From: Anthoceros angustus
Taxonomy: Eukaryota > Plantae > Anthocerotophyta
DNA: 64,000 nucleotides
Assembly (NCBI GenBank): GCA_010909165.1
Contig: MU008165.1
Span: 1,860,001 to 1,924,000 of the forward strand
Direction: 5' to 3'
A model generated the notes under the pieces. That model saw nothing but the letters and a program-made list of their open reading frames with translations, made no database searches and was not told the origin of the DNA. Both the position numbers and the translations under genes were made by a program. Of this stretch, positions 60,167-64,000 are shown piece after piece. Numbering within the stretch: position 1 is the first letter of the stretch; each line of letters begins with the position of its first letter.

Positions 60167-63100
60167 ATCATTCCGTTGTTCCATTTCTAACATAGTCGAT
60201 CGGGATGAAATTTTCTGAACTCCTTTTAATGACTTGTATCTCTTGAATGTCGTGACTCTTTCCCAAGCACCCACACACCAGTCGAGCCCATCACTATCTC
60301 CCACTCACCGTGGCATTGTCGTTGGGACACGTCAACTTTCAGCTTTGTCTTTGTTGGTGAATAACATGCCTTTAGAGATTCCTTGTCGTTCTCATTTGAT
60401 AACCATGCTTTTGCGATTCTGTCAAGTTAGCAAAGCCATTTCCCACCATTTAGAGATCGAACTTATCCGAGCACCGGTCTTCCACACCACGGACCTTTGT
60501 GGCCCCATGTCCTCATCCTCCTTTGGGGTGCCCAATATTTCTTGACCTTCATTGACGAGTGGAGTGAGCATAAAGATATGTCCGATAGCAAAAGTGACAC
60601 TTTCACTTGTTTCCAAGATTTCACTATGGCCCAACGATGCATGTGCAAACTCAAGATTTTGAGGTCGACAATGGTGGAGAATACATTAGTCATGCCTTTT
60701 CGGACTTTTGTGCAACAGAGGAGTTCTTCATCGCTTCGCATATATACACCGCCTAGAATGCGCTTGTCAACGCAAAAATCGTTTTTACAAGAGGCCACTC
60801 TTTCTAGTTTGTCTTTTCCGGATGACTCGTACACCGGGCGTAAGCTCTTCTGGCCTACTTATGTGCGTAATCGTCCCTACCAAAGAACTTGGGCTCATTA
60901 CACCCTATGAACGTTGGATGTGCAAGAAGCCACGCATCACTCACTTGCGGATTTTTGGCAGCCCCATATGCCCTTGTACCTTCTCGGTGAGACGTAAGCT
61001 CAATTCAAGGCTGTTCGTCAATCTTTGTTGGCTATCCGAGGAAGTGAAGGGTTATGTCGTTGATCCCATTTCGAAGTTACTTATTCACGCATGTGATTTT
61101 CCATGAGAATGCTTTACTGCCGACATGACTTGTTATCACCTTCTTATGTGTTGCCTCGCCACTATCCATGGTGTTGATGATGACGATTTTGATGATAAGG
61201 ACACGATGTTGTCGTCTTGATTTTGAGGATACAACTCCTTCGACTTCACGGGCACATCAACCAGCCCAGTCACCGCCCATCACTGCGGTCATCTTCTTGA
61301 ATCGGATGAGTCTACTTTACCGAGTTTGCTCCTTGATGAATCAGAGGCTTGATCCTCCGGCCTCCCGATTTACCTTTAGTTGCGATCCTCCTTCCGACGC
61401 CGTCAAGACACACCATCCTCACCTATCCTTCGCAGGTCTACTAGGTCTAGACCCCCTCGCCATGAGTGGACAGAACCACCATTTGTTGCTGGTGTAGCTT
61501 CCAAAACTCCTGTTCCAAACTTTAACACTTATGAGCCAACTAGTTACCTTGAAGCCATCACAGGCCCTGAGGCAGAATTCTGGAAGGAGTCCATACAGTC
61601 TGAATACAACTCTTTAATGGAAAATGGTACTTGGAAACTTGTAGACTTACCAAGGTCGTAAACCAAGAGCTTGTAAATGGGTCTTTAAAAGAAACTCAAC
61701 ACGGATGGCGTGTTGGCCGCTACAAATCTAGGTTAGTAGCTAAAGGATATAGCCAAGTTCGTTAGACTATAATGAGACATTTGCTGTGGTGAAGTCTACT
61801 TCAGAATATTGCTATCTCTAGCAGCCCATTTTGGTCTTCACGCTCACCAACTAGACGTTAAGACAAAGATTTCTTAATGGTACATTAGAAGAAGAGATTT
61901 ACATGCATCACTGAAGGTTTTGTTATAGACGAGGAGAAAGTTTGCCTATTGCTCAAGACACTTTATGGCTCGAAACAATCCACCGAGCTTGGAATGAAAC
62001 GCTTCATGCTCACGATAGAATTGGGTTTTACCCGCTTGGATCCGATAGTCTGTACATATTGTGGGATGGAGATGACTTTCTTATTATATCCGCTTTATGT
62101 GACGACAACTTCCTTTTCAAGATTTCTTGGTGTTGATGGCCGAATCAAAAGTGTTCTTTTATCTCGCTTTGACATGACCGACCTTGGGCAACTTTGTTTT
62201 CTCTTGGTGTTCAGCCCAGCTTTCTCAAGATAGGCATACAGCTTGAGTTGCATCAAGAGCACGTCACTCGGCTACTTGGTTCAACATGGCCGAGGCACGC
62301 CCGTGTCAACACCTATGTCAACAAGTGAGAAGCTATCCAGGAACATTGCCCAACTACACGGAAGAGAAGGACTTGATGGCCACTCGCCCATATAGGCGTG
62401 GTATAGTCTTCTATATCTAGCATCTTGGACAAGGTTGGATATATCCGGTGTAAGCAATGTTTCTCAATTTTAGAGAACCCGGAGAGGTGCACGGGGCAGC
62501 TTAAGAGAATATTCCGTTATCTTAAGGGAACTCCTCGTTTAGGCTCAAGTATACCAAGTCTTTGGATTGGAGCTAGTTGGTTTTTGCGATGGATTGGGCT
62601 GGTGATCCGGATTCAAGAAGGAGCATAGTAGCTTATTGTAACTGTTGGGTGGCTCGGTGGTATCTGGTCTAGCAAGAAGCTTACGACCATTTGTCTATCA
62701 TCCACTAAGCTATGGAGCACGCTCAAGCTGCCCGTGAAGTCATTTGGTTACGTTCCTTTCTACGTGGTCTTCAGTTGACCGAGCTACAAGGTTGTGGTGT
62801 GACAACCAATCGGCTATAGCACTTACAAAGAACCCGGTTTTTCACGCCCGCTCCAAGCATATCGAGATTACACATCATTTTATTAGACAAGCTTATGACA
62901 AAGGAGAGGTAGATGTTCGATATATGCCAACAGGTGAGAATGTTGCTGATGTCCTGACAAAAGCACTTCCAAAATTGCTGCATCTGAAGCATATGGCAGC
63001 AGCAGGGATCAGCCAAATATCACCTTCCCTTGGAAAAGGGACAGCCCACTAGTCTACTCCTCCTTGCAGCATGCTCCTAGATTTATGAAATAGCCCTTCT

Positions 63101-64000
63101 CCGATTTTGCCTTGGTGTGCCGGGTCGGTCATCCAAGAGACCCATGCAATGTAAGTGGCAAGGTGAGTTGAGCATGCTGGGGAGGTAGGTTAGCAGGAAG
63201 GCAGGGTGGATGAAGCTCACACGTACTTGTAAGCGCCTGACCTTCTGCATCTGGGTCGTCATACTTTCTTTTCTTCTGCTTTCCCTCTTCAGAGGGAGTC
63301 TTATCACTGCCAGTGACCTTATTAGCCCGCATCAGTATCAGCTGGTCTTCTTTGTTGAGTGCCTTCTGTGCCTCCGATGTGATTCTGTATGCATAATAGT
63401 ACTCAAGCTCTTCTTCCTCTTTTGGCATTGCTTTTCAAAGATAGCATCCTGGTATTGCTCCTTGGTCGTCTTCCTCTTTTGGCATTGCTTTTCAAAGATA
63501 GCATCCCGGTATTGCTCCTTGGTCTTCCTTCAAGGACACTACACTTGGAGTGTCATAAGGTCGAGCCTTGTCACCAGCAGTTCCGTGTCTCGACATACCT
63601 TGTTGTAATCCTTCGGTCACTGCTGTGCTTTTGGGCGTTGATGTCCAGGAGGATGTTCGCATAGAGTCATGTAGAGTCCACGCCGAGGTGAGAACTTTGA
63701 GGTGTATCCACTCCCTTCCACTGTGAATGCACTCAACGCCATTGGGAACCTTCGCCATAGGATCCTCGTGGTTAGCGGTTACAACCCAATGACCATATAC
63801 CTACTGCATATTGTGAACCAACCTGTGAGGAGCGATTAGATTGCAAATCTCAAAGCTGGAGATTTGGAGCACCATGGTATTTGTATCTGGATTTAGAGCG
63901 CAACAGGCTGGCTGGTGGACAGAGGAGCTAGGAGCGTAAGTGGTGAGTGGCGTAACAACTTGCTGGTCACGAGGAGCGGGCGGTCAAGTCCACAACTGGC

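Larger units (their letters stand above)
56417..63052 (+). mobile_element. Decayed Ty1/copia LTR retrotransposon (gag-PR-INT-RT-RH) with a duplicated gag-PR block
   Basis: PR W(F)xDSGATSHIC, INT TDLCGPM and YFLTFIDEWS, RT EPTSYLEAI...SEYNSLMENGTWKLVDLP, QLDVKT, LKTLYGSKQS, RH CDNQSAIALTKNPVFHARSKHI...ADVLTKAL. INT precedes RT. Many frameshifts. Confidence 0.95.

Overview
Eukaryotic nuclear DNA from a land plant. Short GT-AG introns, plant-type genes and LTR/DNA transposon debris support this; a non-seed plant such as a hornwort or lycophyte is my inference only. Host genes, left to right: an intronless TORTIFOLIA1/SPIRAL2-like gene (+); an 8-exon SAC3/GANP (SAC3C-like) gene with a ~480-aa R/G-rich N-extension (-); PUS10 (-) with a divergent small single-TM ORF; an RNI-type LRR pseudogene; sucrose-phosphate phosphatase (+); an ankyrin/coiled-coil/KE-repeat gene and a Lys-rich-N-terminus LRR gene (-); a ~1300-aa disordered protein with one GRF-type zinc finger (-); an intronless GDSL-like gene lacking the catalytic Ser, with a mucin-like/poly-Asp tail (-); and an intronless organelle-targeted quinone oxidoreductase (+). 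Mobile DNA: a Sola2-like DDE transposase split by a solo LTR, a second solo LTR of that family (both with 4-bp TSDs), a chromovirus integrase remnant, PIF/Harbinger transposase halves in opposite orientation, two CRE-like non-LTR fragments, and a decayed Ty1/copia element. Three 0.8-1.9 kb near-identical tandem duplications carry junction microhomology and may be real or assembly artefacts. There is also a 1.3-kb 8-bp satellite and several minisatellites. No CRISPR or prokaryotic operon is present. All calls come from manual translation and motif recognition; no database search was run.
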